Positions 51,484-62,273 of a DNA stretch of 64,000 bases are shown here, piece by piece (position 1 is the stretch's first letter; the number at the start of each line of letters is the position of its first letter). The notes beneath the pieces are model-generated. The model did not search any database. It saw only the letters and a list, made by a program, of their open reading frames with translations, and had not been told where the DNA came from. Where the stretch lies: the NCBI GenBank assembly GCA_905478415.1, contig CAJQIG010000005.1, positions 65,598 through 129,597 on the forward strand, written 5' to 3'. A program made the translations under genes and the position numbers. The stretch comes from an uncultured Patescibacteria group bacterium. Lineage in GTDB: Bacteria > Patescibacteriota > Microgenomatia > UBA1400 > PJMF01.

Positions 51484-52410
51484 TTATAACTCAGAGAGCA
51501 CCAATTTTACCACAGCTGAGGCATCCAAACCATATTTTTTAAGTAATGCTTTTCCAGGGCCCGATTCTCCAAAACTATCTTGTACACCGATCCGGTGTAG
51601 CGGTGGATGATGTGGTAGTTCAGCCAGAACTTCGGCAACAGCAGAACCTAAGCCGCCAATAACTTGATGTTCTTCCATAGTGATGATGAGATCAGAGTGA
51701 GTGGCATCAAGAATTGCAAAGCGATCAAGTGGTTTAATGGTGTGCATATTGATGACAGCAGTGCTAATGTTATGTTCTTCTAGTGTTTTTGCGGCTTCTA
51801 GAGCTTCGCTCACAAGAGTGCCACAAGCAATAAGCGTAACAGTACTTCCTTGTTTGAGAACTTGGGCTTTTCCAATTTCAAAATCAGAATCTTCGTTTGT
51901 GACTGTCGAAGTTCCATACTTACCAATTCTCAGGTAAGCAGGACCATGATGTTGGACCAGCGCATGGGTTGCTTTTTTTGCCTGAAAATAATCTGCTGGG
52001 ACGATGACGAGCATATTAGGGAGTGACCGCATCAACGCAATGTCTTCAAGTGCTTGATGGGTGGCTCCATCATGGCCAGTAGAAATTCCGGCATGACCGC
52101 CTATCACCTTCACATTTAGTTTTGAGTAGCAAACAGATGCACGGAGTGGTCCCATGGCATTTTGAGGACTAAAAGTAGCATAACTGGCAGCAATAGGAAC
52201 TTTTCCTCTCAGAGCTAATCCAGCAGCAACACCGATCATATTTTCTTCAGCTACTCCCATTTCAAAAAAACGATCTGGAAATGTTTCTGAAAATGCTTGC
52301 ATTCGGGTTGAGTCGGTTAGGTCAGCACAGAGTCCAACAACTTTGTGGTTGTTTTTTCCAATTTCGACCAATGCTTCTCCAAAGCCATCTCGAGTTGTTT
52401 TTTTATTCAT
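51484..52410 (-). CDS. Transketolase, C-terminal subunit
   Basis: GVAEENM, DGATHQALED and EEHQVIGGLG. Confidence 0.92.
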   Translation of the reverse strand: MNKKTTRDGFGEALVEIGKNNHKVVGLCADLTDSTRMQAFSETFPDRFFEMGVAEENMIGVAAGLALRGKVPIAASYATFSPQNAMGPLRASVCYSKLNVKVIGGHAGISTGHDGATHQALEDIALMRSLPNMLVIVPADYFQAKKATHALVQHHGPAYLRIGKYGTSTVTNEDSDFEIGKAQVLKQGSTVTLIACGTLVSEALEAAKTLEEHNISTAVINMHTIKPLDRFAILDATHSDLIITMEEHQVIGGLGSAVAEVLAELPHHPPLHRIGVQDSFGESGPGKALLKKYGLDASAVVKLVLSEL

Positions 52411-53248
52411 GTGTTCCTGTCTGTAGTTCTGCGAGTGCTTGCTTCATTTCAGTATCATCAGGAAATTTTCCATGCCAATGGTAATTATTTTCCATAAAAC
52501 TCACTCCTTTACCAGGAGTTGTGTTACAGATGATTGCGGTTGGTTTAGAAGTAGTTTGTTTTGCAGTTGCGCAGGCAGCAATAATTTCTTGATGAGAGTG
52601 TCCATCAACCTCAATGACATTCCAATTAAAAGCCTCTATTTTTTCTTTGAGCGAATCTAGTGGCAGAATAGTCTCAGTGGGACCGCCAATTTGGATATGG
52701 TTTCTATCGATCAAGGCCGTGAGGTTGTTTACAGCATGTGCACCTGCATAGAGGTATGCTTCCCATGTTTGACCTTCTTGGTGTTCGCCATCACTCAAGA
52801 TGCAGTACACACGATTTGGTTGTGAGTCGAGCTTGAGAGAAAGGGCAACACCAAGAGCCTGTGAAAGCCCTTGCCCAAGCGGCCCTGAAGTATTTTCAAT
52901 GCCCGGCAAAGAGTTGAGGTGTGGATGGCCTTGCAATCGTGAGCCAAGTTGCCGGAGGGTTAAGAGTTCTTTTTTGTCAAAATATCCTCGCTCGGCTAGG
53001 GTTGCATACCAGGCTGGACAAATATGTCCTGCAGAAAGGAGCAGATAATCTCGTTCGTTCCAATCGGGTTTTTCTGGATCATGTTTGAGGATTGAAAAGT
53101 AAAGGCTAGTAAAAACATCTGCCATACCCATAGCTCCAGCGGCATGTCCATTTAACGCTTCATGCAACATAGTGATAATAGAAATTCTCACAGCTTTAGA
53201 AAGTGAGACAAGTTTTTCTGTAGGTATTTGAGATTGGGCAGTGTTCAT
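52403..53248 (-). CDS. Transketolase, N-terminal subunit
   Basis: LSAGH, LQGHP, GPLGQGLS, SDGEHQEG and GKGVSFME. Confidence 0.92.
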   Translation of the reverse strand: MNTAQSQIPTEKLVSLSKAVRISIITMLHEALNGHAAGAMGMADVFTSLYFSILKHDPEKPDWNERDYLLLSAGHICPAWYATLAERGYFDKKELLTLRQLGSRLQGHPHLNSLPGIENTSGPLGQGLSQALGVALSLKLDSQPNRVYCILSDGEHQEGQTWEAYLYAGAHAVNNLTALIDRNHIQIGGPTETILPLDSLKEKIEAFNWNVIEVDGHSHQEIIAACATAKQTTSKPTAIICNTTPGKGVSFMENNYHWHGKFPDDTEMKQALAELQTGTHE

Positions 53249-53339
53249 AGATATGTATCCACTAGTGTACTGGCTGAGTAACTAGATTGTCAAAATGGAG
53301 AAATAAAGGGTTGGATAGTAGTGATGTTAGAATAGCAGC

Positions 53340-54071
53340 ATGATCATAAGTCATACCTACAAAACCATCTTGCAAGAAAAGGCCGGAGTACTTGTCGTTG
53401 ATAAACCAACAGGCGTTTCCAGTCACACGCTAGTTAATTGGGCCAGAAAGGCATTCTCAGTGAGAAAGATTGGTCATACCGGCACACTTGATCCTTTAGC
53501 TTCTGGACTACTAGTGTTGCTGGTTGGGAGAGAGTATACGAAACAACAAGAACGCTTTCTGAAACTTGATAAAGGATATACAGTGACTGGCAAATTGGGA
53601 GTAGAAACAGATACCTACGATAGTGCTGGCCGTATTGTTACACAATCAAATTGGGAGGTTGTCCAAGAACTTGCTGATGAGGATATTATTGAAGCTGTTA
53701 TGAGTTTTCAAGGAGAGATAGAACAAACGGTGCCCGCTTTTTCAGCAGTAAAAAGGGGTGGTAAAAAGCTATATGAACTTGCTTTGACAGGCGAAATAGA
53801 GAAAGTTTCATTGCCAACTAGAACTGTTCAAATTCTGTCAATTTCAGACGTTTCAGTAACAAGAGATAGTAAAAATGAAGAATTATTTTTTACCTGTACC
53901 GTATTTTGTAGTTCTGGAACCTATATTCGTTCTCTGATTCATGACATTGGAGCTGTTTTAGAAGTTGGGGCACATGTAACGCAACTTCGCAGAATCCAGA
54001 TTGGTGACTGCCCAATCCAGCAAGCCAAACTCTGCCCATTTTTACCCAGGCGTTTTTTCTTTACGAACTAA
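53340..54071 (+). CDS. truB: tRNA pseudouridine(55) synthase
   Basis: GHTGTLDPLASGLL and CSSGTYIRSL. Confidence 0.95.
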   Translation: MIISHTYKTILQEKAGVLVVDKPTGVSSHTLVNWARKAFSVRKIGHTGTLDPLASGLLVLLVGREYTKQQERFLKLDKGYTVTGKLGVETDTYDSAGRIVTQSNWEVVQELADEDIIEAVMSFQGEIEQTVPAFSAVKRGGKKLYELALTGEIEKVSLPTRTVQILSISDVSVTRDSKNEELFFTCTVFCSSGTYIRSLIHDIGAVLEVGAHVTQLRRIQIGDCPIQQAKLCPFLPRRFFFTN

Positions 54072-54165
54072 TTTTTTTTACTATTTTCCCCTTGAAATAT
54101 AGTGCCAAAACAGACTACACTGAAAGGAAGGCTATATATATGGTCTCTGTTTTAGTGCAACACTT

Positions 54166-55404
54166 ATGAAAAATAAAAATGTATTTATGGTTGGTTGGGA
54201 GTATCCACCTCACAATAGTGGGGGTTTGGGTGTAGCTTGCCAAGGGTTGACTGAAGCTTTGGCTGATAATACAGCTATTACCTTTGCGTTGCCGTATCAC
54301 TATCTTGAAGGTGTGAACCACATGAATATTGTGTCATGTGTTGATCCTACTTGGGAAAAAACTGGCAAAAAAATCTTGTATCCCCCCTTCTCTACCTATA
54401 GCTCTGCTGGTGTTGTTACAGAAGTGAGTTTGAATAAGACAATTTCTCCAGAAAAGTTGCGGAACCTCCCCACTTCACAACTTGAACAAAAAGTTCAAGA
54501 GTATGCGCACGTAGTTGCTAGTCGATCAAAATCAGTAGGTTATCAAACGGATGTTATTCATGCTCACGATTGGATGTCATTCCCAGCTGCACAGCAGCTG
54601 CAAAAGAAAATTCATAAGCCATTTGTGGCTCATGTACATAGTACAGAGTATGATCGTGCAGGTTTAGCTCAAGGTAATAGGTTTATTTCTGAAACAGAGT
54701 ACGAGGGTGTGATGGCTGCGAATCGAGTGATTGCAGTGAGTTACTACACAAAAAGTATTTTAGTGAATAAATATGGCGTTGATGCTAACAAAATCGATGT
54801 GGTTCATAATGGTATTTTGCCACTCAAAAAACCCGCTGACCCAGGTTCTCATCATTTTGCTAACAAACGTCCAGTTATCGCCTTTATGGGTAGATTAACA
54901 CTTCATAAAGGTGTGCAATACTTTATTCAGTTGGCTGAGTCTGTGTTAAAACAAATTCCAGAAGCTTTGTTTATTGTTGCTGGCTCAGGTGATATGTACC
55001 ACGAGTTACTTTTGACTACGGCACAACGACAACTTTCGGCTTCGGTGCTTTTTAGTGGCTTTGTAAGAAGTGCCCAGCGAGACATGTTGTTGGATAGAGC
55101 TGATGTGTTTGTGATGCCATCTATCTCTGAGCCTTTTGGACTTGTCGCTCTAGAAGCTGCTCAGCGACATACTCCAGTCATTACTTCAAAAAATGCTGGG
55201 GTGAGTGAAGTTATGACGGGAGCGATCGCTCTTGATTTTTGGGATCTTGATCGGATGACTACCAGTATTATTGAACTACTACAAAATTCTGATAAAAAAG
55301 CTCAAGTTATTTCTTCTCAACTCTCTGACCTTGATAACTTGACTTGGACTCACGCAGCTACCAAAGTTAGAGATTCGTATATGCGAGCTATCTTAGGAAA
55401 GTAG
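54166..55404 (+). CDS. GT4-family glycosyltransferase (alpha-glucan synthesis-associated)
   Basis: GWEYPP..SGGLG, HAHDW and EPFGLVALEA. Confidence 0.9.
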   Translation: MKNKNVFMVGWEYPPHNSGGLGVACQGLTEALADNTAITFALPYHYLEGVNHMNIVSCVDPTWEKTGKKILYPPFSTYSSAGVVTEVSLNKTISPEKLRNLPTSQLEQKVQEYAHVVASRSKSVGYQTDVIHAHDWMSFPAAQQLQKKIHKPFVAHVHSTEYDRAGLAQGNRFISETEYEGVMAANRVIAVSYYTKSILVNKYGVDANKIDVVHNGILPLKKPADPGSHHFANKRPVIAFMGRLTLHKGVQYFIQLAESVLKQIPEALFIVAGSGDMYHELLLTTAQRQLSASVLFSGFVRSAQRDMLLDRADVFVMPSISEPFGLVALEAAQRHTPVITSKNAGVSEVMTGAIALDFWDLDRMTTSIIELLQNSDKKAQVISSQLSDLDNLTWTHAATKVRDSYMRAILGK

Positions 55405-55410
55405 TCGCTC

Positions 55411-56637
55411 ATGCCTAAAGTTTGTTTTTATTTTCAACTACACCAACCATTTCGTTTAACAGATGCTACGGTTTTTGATGTCGGTACTAAAGACTTTGGA
55501 TATTTTTCTAAGTCTCAATCTCAAGATGACAACAAAGACATTTTTATAAAAGTTGCTGATAAATCATATCGCCCGATGTTGCGTTTACTGCTTAAGTTAG
55601 TTAAGAAGTACCCAGAGTTTTCTTTTACGATGTCACTATCTGGAATTTTCTTAGAGCAAGTCGAAGCGTATGCTCCCGATTTATTGGAAATACTGCAACA
55701 ATTAGCTAAAACCAAACAGGTTGAAATTTTAGCTGAAACATACTATCACTCATTGGCAAGTTTGTACTCAGAGACAGAGTTTAGAGAGCAAGTCGAACTG
55801 CACGAAAATAAAGTTTTTGAGCTTCTTAAAGTTCGCCCTAGTGCTTTTAGAAATACTGAGTTGATTTATAGTAACAAAATTGCTCAGATGGTAGAAGATA
55901 TGGGCTATGTTGGGATGTTAACTGAAGGAGTTGATCGATATCTTTGGGGGCGCAAACGAACCGTACCATATGTGGCTCAGACAAAAGACAAGATGCCAGT
56001 TCTACTTAAGCACGCGCAACTTTCAGACGATGTTGCGTTTCGTTTTTCAGAGAAATCTTGGGCTGCTTGGCCATTAACCGTTACCCAATATCTTGAGTGG
56101 ATCCAGATATATCCGGAAGATGAATATGTGAATTTGTTCATGGATTTTGAAACGTTTGGTGAACATCAGTGGGAAGATACGGGGATTTTTACTTTTTTTG
56201 AGGCATTTGTTGGGGAATTTTTGAAAAAAAAGTGGAACTCATTTGTGACACCGACTGAAGTATTCACTCCAGTATGTGATCGAAAAATTAGAAAACATTG
56301 TTTAGATAAAGATCACCTTGATACCTATGATGTGGTAGAACCTATTTCTTGGGCAGATGTAGATAGAGATATCACTGCTTGGAGAGATAACGAATATCAA
56401 CAAGATACATTGAGAATTATGTATGGTCTCGAAACAGTAGTTAAAAGTCAACCAGATTCTCAACTACTGGATGATTGGCGAAGGTTACAAACAAGTGACC
56501 ATTTTTACTACATGTGTACCAAGTGGGCTGCAGATGGGGATGTGCATGCTTACTTTAGTCCTTACAGTGATCCACACGAAGCGTACCGACGATTTACTAT
56601 TATGTTGGCAGATTTGCAGGAGCGATTATTACCATAA
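55411..56637 (+). CDS. GH57 alpha-amylase
   Basis: HQP, ETYYHSL, FRNTEL, DFETFGEH and LQTSDHFYY. Confidence 0.92.
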   Translation: MPKVCFYFQLHQPFRLTDATVFDVGTKDFGYFSKSQSQDDNKDIFIKVADKSYRPMLRLLLKLVKKYPEFSFTMSLSGIFLEQVEAYAPDLLEILQQLAKTKQVEILAETYYHSLASLYSETEFREQVELHENKVFELLKVRPSAFRNTELIYSNKIAQMVEDMGYVGMLTEGVDRYLWGRKRTVPYVAQTKDKMPVLLKHAQLSDDVAFRFSEKSWAAWPLTVTQYLEWIQIYPEDEYVNLFMDFETFGEHQWEDTGIFTFFEAFVGEFLKKKWNSFVTPTEVFTPVCDRKIRKHCLDKDHLDTYDVVEPISWADVDRDITAWRDNEYQQDTLRIMYGLETVVKSQPDSQLLDDWRRLQTSDHFYYMCTKWAADGDVHAYFSPYSDPHEAYRRFTIMLADLQERLLP

Positions 56638-56702
56638 CTTTTTAAGCAGATACAAAAAAAGCGCCGACTAAAGAGCCGGCGCAGTAACCGTTGGAGTTCT
56701 AT

Positions 56703-56969
56703 TTAAATAAAATGTTTTCCTTCTGTTTTTGTTACCAATCTCCACAAATTTATTGCAAAATATACAGTGGTGACTATGGCAATACTGAGTACCAACAAAG
56801 TTGGTAGTTTCCAGATATATGTTGAAAGCAATAAAACAAACATGACAAATTGCAACAAGGGATGATCAAACCAATTCTTATATTCAAAAATAAAGTGCAA
56901 AATCAGGGAGATGCTTCCTATACCTGTTATAAGCAGGATCCATATGTTTAAGATTTCTAAAAAACCCAT
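56703..56969 (-). CDS. Small hypothetical membrane protein
   Basis: Three hydrophobic segments; GGAGG upstream; AT-rich. Confidence 0.5.
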   Translation of the reverse strand: MGFLEILNIWILLITGIGSISLILHFIFEYKNWFDHPLLQFVMFVLLLSTYIWKLPTLLVLSIAIVTTVYFAINLWRLVTKTEGKHFI

Positions 56970-57140
56970 TTTTACTTAAACCTCCATGTTAAGTAGCAAT
57001 GATTTTAGTACTCGCTATAGTGAATACTAAATCATCAAACTGATACGATTAATTTCAGAGTATCTCATATTCATACTTATTTTGCAAAGAATAGGTTTGA
57101 TCTCTTGTTCTTTCAGGCAGAAAACTGCTATAGTGAGCGT

Positions 57141-59150
57141 ATGCCACGAGCTTTGACACTAGGAAACGGCCAGATGTTAGTTTGCCTGGACAAATTTGGA
57201 TTTGTTCGTGATTTTTATTACCCCTACGTCGGTCTTGAAAACCATGTGGCAGGGAACAAGCATCGTATCGGAATTTCAGTAAATGGTGTTTTTTCTTGGC
57301 TCAATGACGGTTCTTGGAATATCTCACTCGGATATAAACCTGAAGCTATGGTTGGGTATTTGGTCTGTAAGAATGAAGGTCTCAATATCACTGTCGTGAT
57401 GGAAGATTTGGTGTATAACGAGAAGGATGTTTTTGTTCGCCAAGTAGACATTTATAACCATTCTGGAGAATTCATTGACATTAAGATGTTCTTTCACCAA
57501 GTGTTTCACATTTCTGAATCAAAGAAACGAAACACTGCATTTTACGATCCCACTCACAATGCGGTAGTTCATTACAAAGGTAAACGGGTATTTATAGTCA
57601 ATGGCCAGACAGAATCTGGAACAGGTATTGATGATTACACCGTTGGAGCCTACCAGTTTGAAGGTAAAGAAGGTTCTTTTAGAGATGCCGAAGACGGAGA
57701 GTTGAGTAAGAATGCAGTTGAACATGGTTCGGTAGACTCAGTCGTTCGCTTCTGTGCTTCTTGTGAACATAAAGCTAAAACCAGGATTTACTACTGGATT
57801 GCAGCAGGCAAATCATTAGATGAAGCGTACGAGCTCAATGATTTGGTATTGAATAAACCGGCAAAAGCTATACTTCATTCTACTGAGAGTTTTTGGAATG
57901 CTTGGATTAGAACCAGAGATTTTCAGACGACAGATCTTCCTCCTGAACAAAAAAAACTCTTTGATACTTCTCTTTTTATTTTAAGAAGTCACACTGATAA
58001 TCGCGGCAGTATCATTGCTAGTGGAGATAGTGCAATGATCGAGTATGGCAAGGACGATTATAGCTATATGTGGCCTCGTGATGCCGCTTTTATTGCAACC
58101 ACACTTGATAAAGCTGGGTTTCATGAGGTTACTAAAAACTTTTTTCTTTTTTGTAAAGATGTGTTACATCCAGATGGCTATTTACATCACCGATATCGAA
58201 GTGATGAGAGTTTGGGATCGACATGGCACTCTGCCACATCTCAGGGAGAGTGGCTCAAAGATAAAATCTTGCAGCTTCCGATTCAGGAAGATGAAACAGC
58301 TGGAGTGCTTTTTGCACTTTGGAATCACTATGAACAGTCGAAGGATTTAGAGTTTGTAGAGTTACTGTATAAACCGCTGATTGAAAAAATGGCTCGTTTT
58401 CTCATGAACTTTAGAGATAAAGATACTGGCCTTCCATTGGCTTCATACGACCTTTGGGAAGAAAAGATTGGTGTTTCAACGTACACTTGCGCAGCTACCT
58501 ATGGTGGATTAATGGCTGCTGCCAAGTTTTCAGAGTTACTCGATAAACGAAATCATATGAGAGAGTATAAACAAGCAGCAAGGGAAATTAAAGAAGCGAC
58601 TGTTACTCACTTATTTTCTGAGAGACTTCAGGGGTTTGTACGAATTGGATACTATCGTCAGGAAGGTTTTGTGCGTGATGAAATTATTGATGCCAGTTCT
58701 CTCTTTGGACTTTGGTACTTTGGTATGTTCTCGCAAGATAACCCTCTTTTTGAAAAGACCTATCAGCAGGTTAAAGAGCGACTGTGGAATAAGACAGAGG
58801 TCGGTGGATTTATTCGGTATGAACAAGATAACTACTTTAAATCAACTAATACTTCAAACCCATGGTTTATTACTACACTGTGGGAAGCTCAGATGAAGTT
58901 GGCAAAAAAAGTAGTGACTCAAGAGGATCTCCAGTTTGCTGAAAAAACATTCCAATGGGTTGTCGACCATAGGTATAACTCTGGGGTATTGGGAGAACAA
59001 CTAAATCCGTATACGGGTGAGTCCCTTTCTGCTACTCCCCTAGTTTGGAGTCATGCAGTCTATGTTGAAACAATGCTATTGTATTTACAAAAAAAGCAAG
59101 AAGTGGAGCTTGAAAAACAAACTGTATCGCAAGCAACACATACATTGTAG
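57141..59150 (+). CDS. GH15 glucoamylase-like protein
   Basis: YMWPRD, QEDET, DLWEE and PLVWSHA. Confidence 0.92.
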   Translation: MPRALTLGNGQMLVCLDKFGFVRDFYYPYVGLENHVAGNKHRIGISVNGVFSWLNDGSWNISLGYKPEAMVGYLVCKNEGLNITVVMEDLVYNEKDVFVRQVDIYNHSGEFIDIKMFFHQVFHISESKKRNTAFYDPTHNAVVHYKGKRVFIVNGQTESGTGIDDYTVGAYQFEGKEGSFRDAEDGELSKNAVEHGSVDSVVRFCASCEHKAKTRIYYWIAAGKSLDEAYELNDLVLNKPAKAILHSTESFWNAWIRTRDFQTTDLPPEQKKLFDTSLFILRSHTDNRGSIIASGDSAMIEYGKDDYSYMWPRDAAFIATTLDKAGFHEVTKNFFLFCKDVLHPDGYLHHRYRSDESLGSTWHSATSQGEWLKDKILQLPIQEDETAGVLFALWNHYEQSKDLEFVELLYKPLIEKMARFLMNFRDKDTGLPLASYDLWEEKIGVSTYTCAATYGGLMAAAKFSELLDKRNHMREYKQAAREIKEATVTHLFSERLQGFVRIGYYRQEGFVRDEIIDASSLFGLWYFGMFSQDNPLFEKTYQQVKERLWNKTEVGGFIRYEQDNYFKSTNTSNPWFITTLWEAQMKLAKKVVTQEDLQFAEKTFQWVVDHRYNSGVLGEQLNPYTGESLSATPLVWSHAVYVETMLLYLQKKQEVELEKQTVSQATHTL

Positions 59151-59168
59151 ATTAGAAGCGAGATATCT

Positions 59169-60095
59169 ATGTCAGAATTTTTTTTAGCTGTCGATGGTGG
59201 AGGAACAAAAACCGATGTTGTTTGCGTAGATCAAGATGGAACAGTGATTGGTACCGGTAGTTCTGGCCCCATTAGTTTAACGGTTACGAGTGTAGGGGCG
59301 GCTAGTTTTAATTTGATTGAAGCTATTAGAGTTGCTATCGAAAATAATACTGAAATTACTTCTTTTAAAGCGGTTGTCATTGGCTTAGCGGGAGTCGATA
59401 CATCCGATGAGAGAGACCAAGCCGAAGACGTTTTTAAACGTGCATTGGCTCACTATCAATTTGAAAACTTTATTTTGCTTAATGATAGTGAAATTGCCTT
59501 AGCAAATGGTAGTAAAAATGAAAATGCACTTATTTTAGTGAGTGGTACAGGCAGTATTTGTTACGGTAAAAATAGTAAGGGCGAGACGGCGAGAACTTCT
59601 GGGATGGATTACCTGTTAGCCGATCAAGGATCTGGATATAGTATTGGTAGAAAAGTGTTGCAGGCAGCAATTAAAAGCTATGATGGACGAGGTCCTAAGT
59701 CTTATTTAGAAGAGTATGTGGCCAAATTTTTCATGATTTCATCTATGGCTCTCTTAAAAAATGAAGTTTATAATCCCGACCTGACAAAGAGCGAAATTGC
59801 TCGACTTTCTCCCTTATGTACACAGGCAGTCACAGTAGGTGATGAAGTTGCCACAAAAATTTTAGATGAAGAAATTCAAGAAATGGTGCTTTCTGCTAGT
59901 ACCGTTTTAAGAAAATTGCATACTGGAGATGAGTTGTTTGATGTTGTTTTTGCCGGATCAATTTTAGAACTTGATGAAGTTGTCAGCAAAGTTATGGAGC
60001 AGTTGGCTGCTCGGTTTACTAACATCAACTTTGTGCAACAAGCGAGTGATCCGGTGTATGGAGCGGTTAAGATTGCACTCCAGAGCCAATCATAA
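59169..60095 (+). CDS. BadF/BcrAD-type sugar (N-acetylglucosamine-like) kinase
   Basis: VDGGGTKT, GLAG, ND, SGTGS and D.GSGY.IG. Confidence 0.85.
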   Translation: MSEFFLAVDGGGTKTDVVCVDQDGTVIGTGSSGPISLTVTSVGAASFNLIEAIRVAIENNTEITSFKAVVIGLAGVDTSDERDQAEDVFKRALAHYQFENFILLNDSEIALANGSKNENALILVSGTGSICYGKNSKGETARTSGMDYLLADQGSGYSIGRKVLQAAIKSYDGRGPKSYLEEYVAKFFMISSMALLKNEVYNPDLTKSEIARLSPLCTQAVTVGDEVATKILDEEIQEMVLSASTVLRKLHTGDELFDVVFAGSILELDEVVSKVMEQLAARFTNINFVQQASDPVYGAVKIALQSQS

Positions 60096-60116
60096 AAATA
60101 CGGTATAATACTATTT

Positions 60117-60614
60117 ATGCAACCTCATACTGGTGCTCTTATTACTTTGCTAGCTCAGCTTCGCTATGACGTTGGGGATAGTTACTACAAGGTTGATAGT
60201 GAGTGGAATCACAAACAATATTCAATAACGCTTCATGATGTCTTTCGGCATCAACTGGTGTTGCGTGTTGGTAATGTATACCCTTGTTATAGCAAGGTGC
60301 ACCTTGAAGTAGGTGGTGAGTTTTCTTTACAGAGTACGCTTGTAGAAGGTAGTCAGATTGATTTTATCAACATGCCAAAAGAGTGTCACTTTAAAATTGA
60401 ACATTCACACACAAATATTGTTGAAGAAAAGTACCGATATGAATTTGATCGAAATATTGTATGGATTCGCCGAGGTGAATACAACAAGGAAAATGGTTGG
60501 AGGGCTTCATTTGAAGGTCGTTATGAAGCCAGTTATCGTCGCAGTGAGATAAAAGATAGTATTAATGCTAATGGAAATAGAATAGAAGAAATCTACCGAT
60601 ACATACTGCCGTAA
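60117..60614 (+). CDS. Hypothetical protein
   Basis: ORF with TATAAT 7 nt before the ATG. Confidence 0.6.
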   Translation: MQPHTGALITLLAQLRYDVGDSYYKVDSEWNHKQYSITLHDVFRHQLVLRVGNVYPCYSKVHLEVGGEFSLQSTLVEGSQIDFINMPKECHFKIEHSHTNIVEEKYRYEFDRNIVWIRRGEYNKENGWRASFEGRYEASYRRSEIKDSINANGNRIEEIYRYILP

Positions 60615-60620
60615 GGATTA

Positions 60621-60923
60621 CTATTTCTTTGATTCAACTTCCAATTTTTGGAACCATCCTCTTTTATAGAGTAAGCCAATAATCGCATAAACACCGATAT
60701 CAGTCCAGGTATCTTCGATTGACTCATTTTCAGGAGTGCCATTTTTCATGAGTAAGTTTTTAAGTCGCTCCCCTTTTTCACTGATCCGAAAGGCAATTCC
60801 CAACTCTTTTATTGAGAGAATATTGCCTTTTCCATAGTCTTTATGCTTTTTGAGAAATGTTTGCAGCAGTTCTTCATTGACTAATTCGATTGCTTCATTC
60901 AATGTTTTTGGGTCAGACTTCAT
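60621..60923 (-). CDS. DUF1599 / nucleotide-modification-associated domain protein
   Basis: KHKDYG...RI.EK..RL...ESIEDTWTDIGVYAII. Confidence 0.75.
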   Translation of the reverse strand: MKSDPKTLNEAIELVNEELLQTFLKKHKDYGKGNILSIKELGIAFRISEKGERLKNLLMKNGTPENESIEDTWTDIGVYAIIGLLYKRGWFQKLEVESKK

Positions 60924-61078
60924 GAGATTTCTTTCATTTTTTCAGAGTACTGAGTGATATATTCTTATAAACTAAATGAATTGCTAAATTCAAGAGGTGA
61001 AATTTTTTTATGTTGGGTATTGAGATTTGACTCCGCGTGGTTTTATGACGCGGAGTCGGGTATCTACTTTCAAAAACA

Positions 61079-61336
61079 TTACATTTTGTGCAAAAAATAC
61101 ATACTCAGTGCTAATAGGTTATTTGAACTGTCCAGCCTTTTTGGGCTATAAGAAGTCCAAAGAGGTTTAATCTGTGGGTGTAATGCAAGAAACTCAAGTT
61201 GTTCCCACCGTTCTGCATCGAACAATAAAAACAATCCACTAGTCACTGTTTCAGGTTTGAGATTTTTCAACCAGTTTACTGTCGATTCATCAGCAGCTAA
61301 CAGCCGCTCTTTTTCAGATGGGGTAAAACTATGCAT
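61079..61336 (-). CDS. Hypothetical protein
   Basis: AAGGAG RBS before the ATG. Confidence 0.55.
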   Translation of the reverse strand: MHSFTPSEKERLLAADESTVNWLKNLKPETVTSGLFLLFDAERWEQLEFLALHPQIKPLWTSYSPKRLDSSNNLLALSMYFLHKM

Positions 61337-61533
61337 CTGTGCTCCTTCCCAAACGTAAAAACGCTGGGCTAATGATTTGAAAGTTAAAGATCAGTATTTT
61401 TCTCGCGGATGAGAAAAACACCTATTTGTCAGGATTATAGACGTTCTCGACTAGTTTGGCAAAGAGTAACCCTTAAAAGTTGGGATAAAAGAGATATACT
61501 ATGATGGTTAAAAGCATAAAAAAGAAGGTTTGT

Positions 61534-62229
61534 ATGTCTTTTCGTAGTCCCGAATTTAGTTCTTCTATAGAGAGAAGTGGCCAGCGTGTGTAAAACACAC
61601 CTCCTTTTTTACACTATTTAGAATTTGCAAAGTGGGCTGGTGATGTTTCGACAGTTCAGGAGATAGTTACTCGTTCACACAAAATGGATAAAGCATATTT
61701 AGCTTGGTTAACTGTCAGAAAAGAAAATTTTGGGACGGGTTTTGAAGGATACCTTGTTGGAAATGTTACGACAGAAGATGAAGCCATAACAAGATTAGTG
61801 GGTTTAGGAATGGGTATTTGGGATGCTATCTATAGACTCCATAAGCATTCATACGCTCATAGAAAACAACTTGAAAAAGTCATTAGAGGTGAAAGTAGTT
61901 CTGTGAGTGCGATTGAAGAGTGGGCAGCTATTTTTGGTGCAGAATTAGCTCGACAACGAGCGCAACTGTTACATAACCCTGAGGGACAGGCATTTCGTTC
62001 TGAAACGAAGAGAAGGGTTGAGTTTTTACCAGCTATTGAGTACCAAGTTGATTCTACGTCACAAGTGAGGCAATCGTATGTGCTTCCCAAAACAACGCAA
62101 CTGAATAATCCTAAAAAAATAGTTGGAGGATTTACTGATAGAGAGCAACTGGCAGTACTAACAGTACAAGAAATTGGAAAGTTTGGTCATCCACTGCTTC
62201 GGGCTGCCATGCAAGTTTCCCATTTGTAA
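61534..62229 (+). pseudogene. Hypothetical gene with an in-frame TAA at 61591 (alternatively an intact CDS from 61684)
   Basis: ATG 61534 with AGAAGG RBS is in frame with ORF 61684..62229, separated by a single stop. Confidence 0.5.
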
Positions 62230-62273
62230 AAGTATATCAACTGTTATACTGATAAAAAACAAAGGAATAGTAT

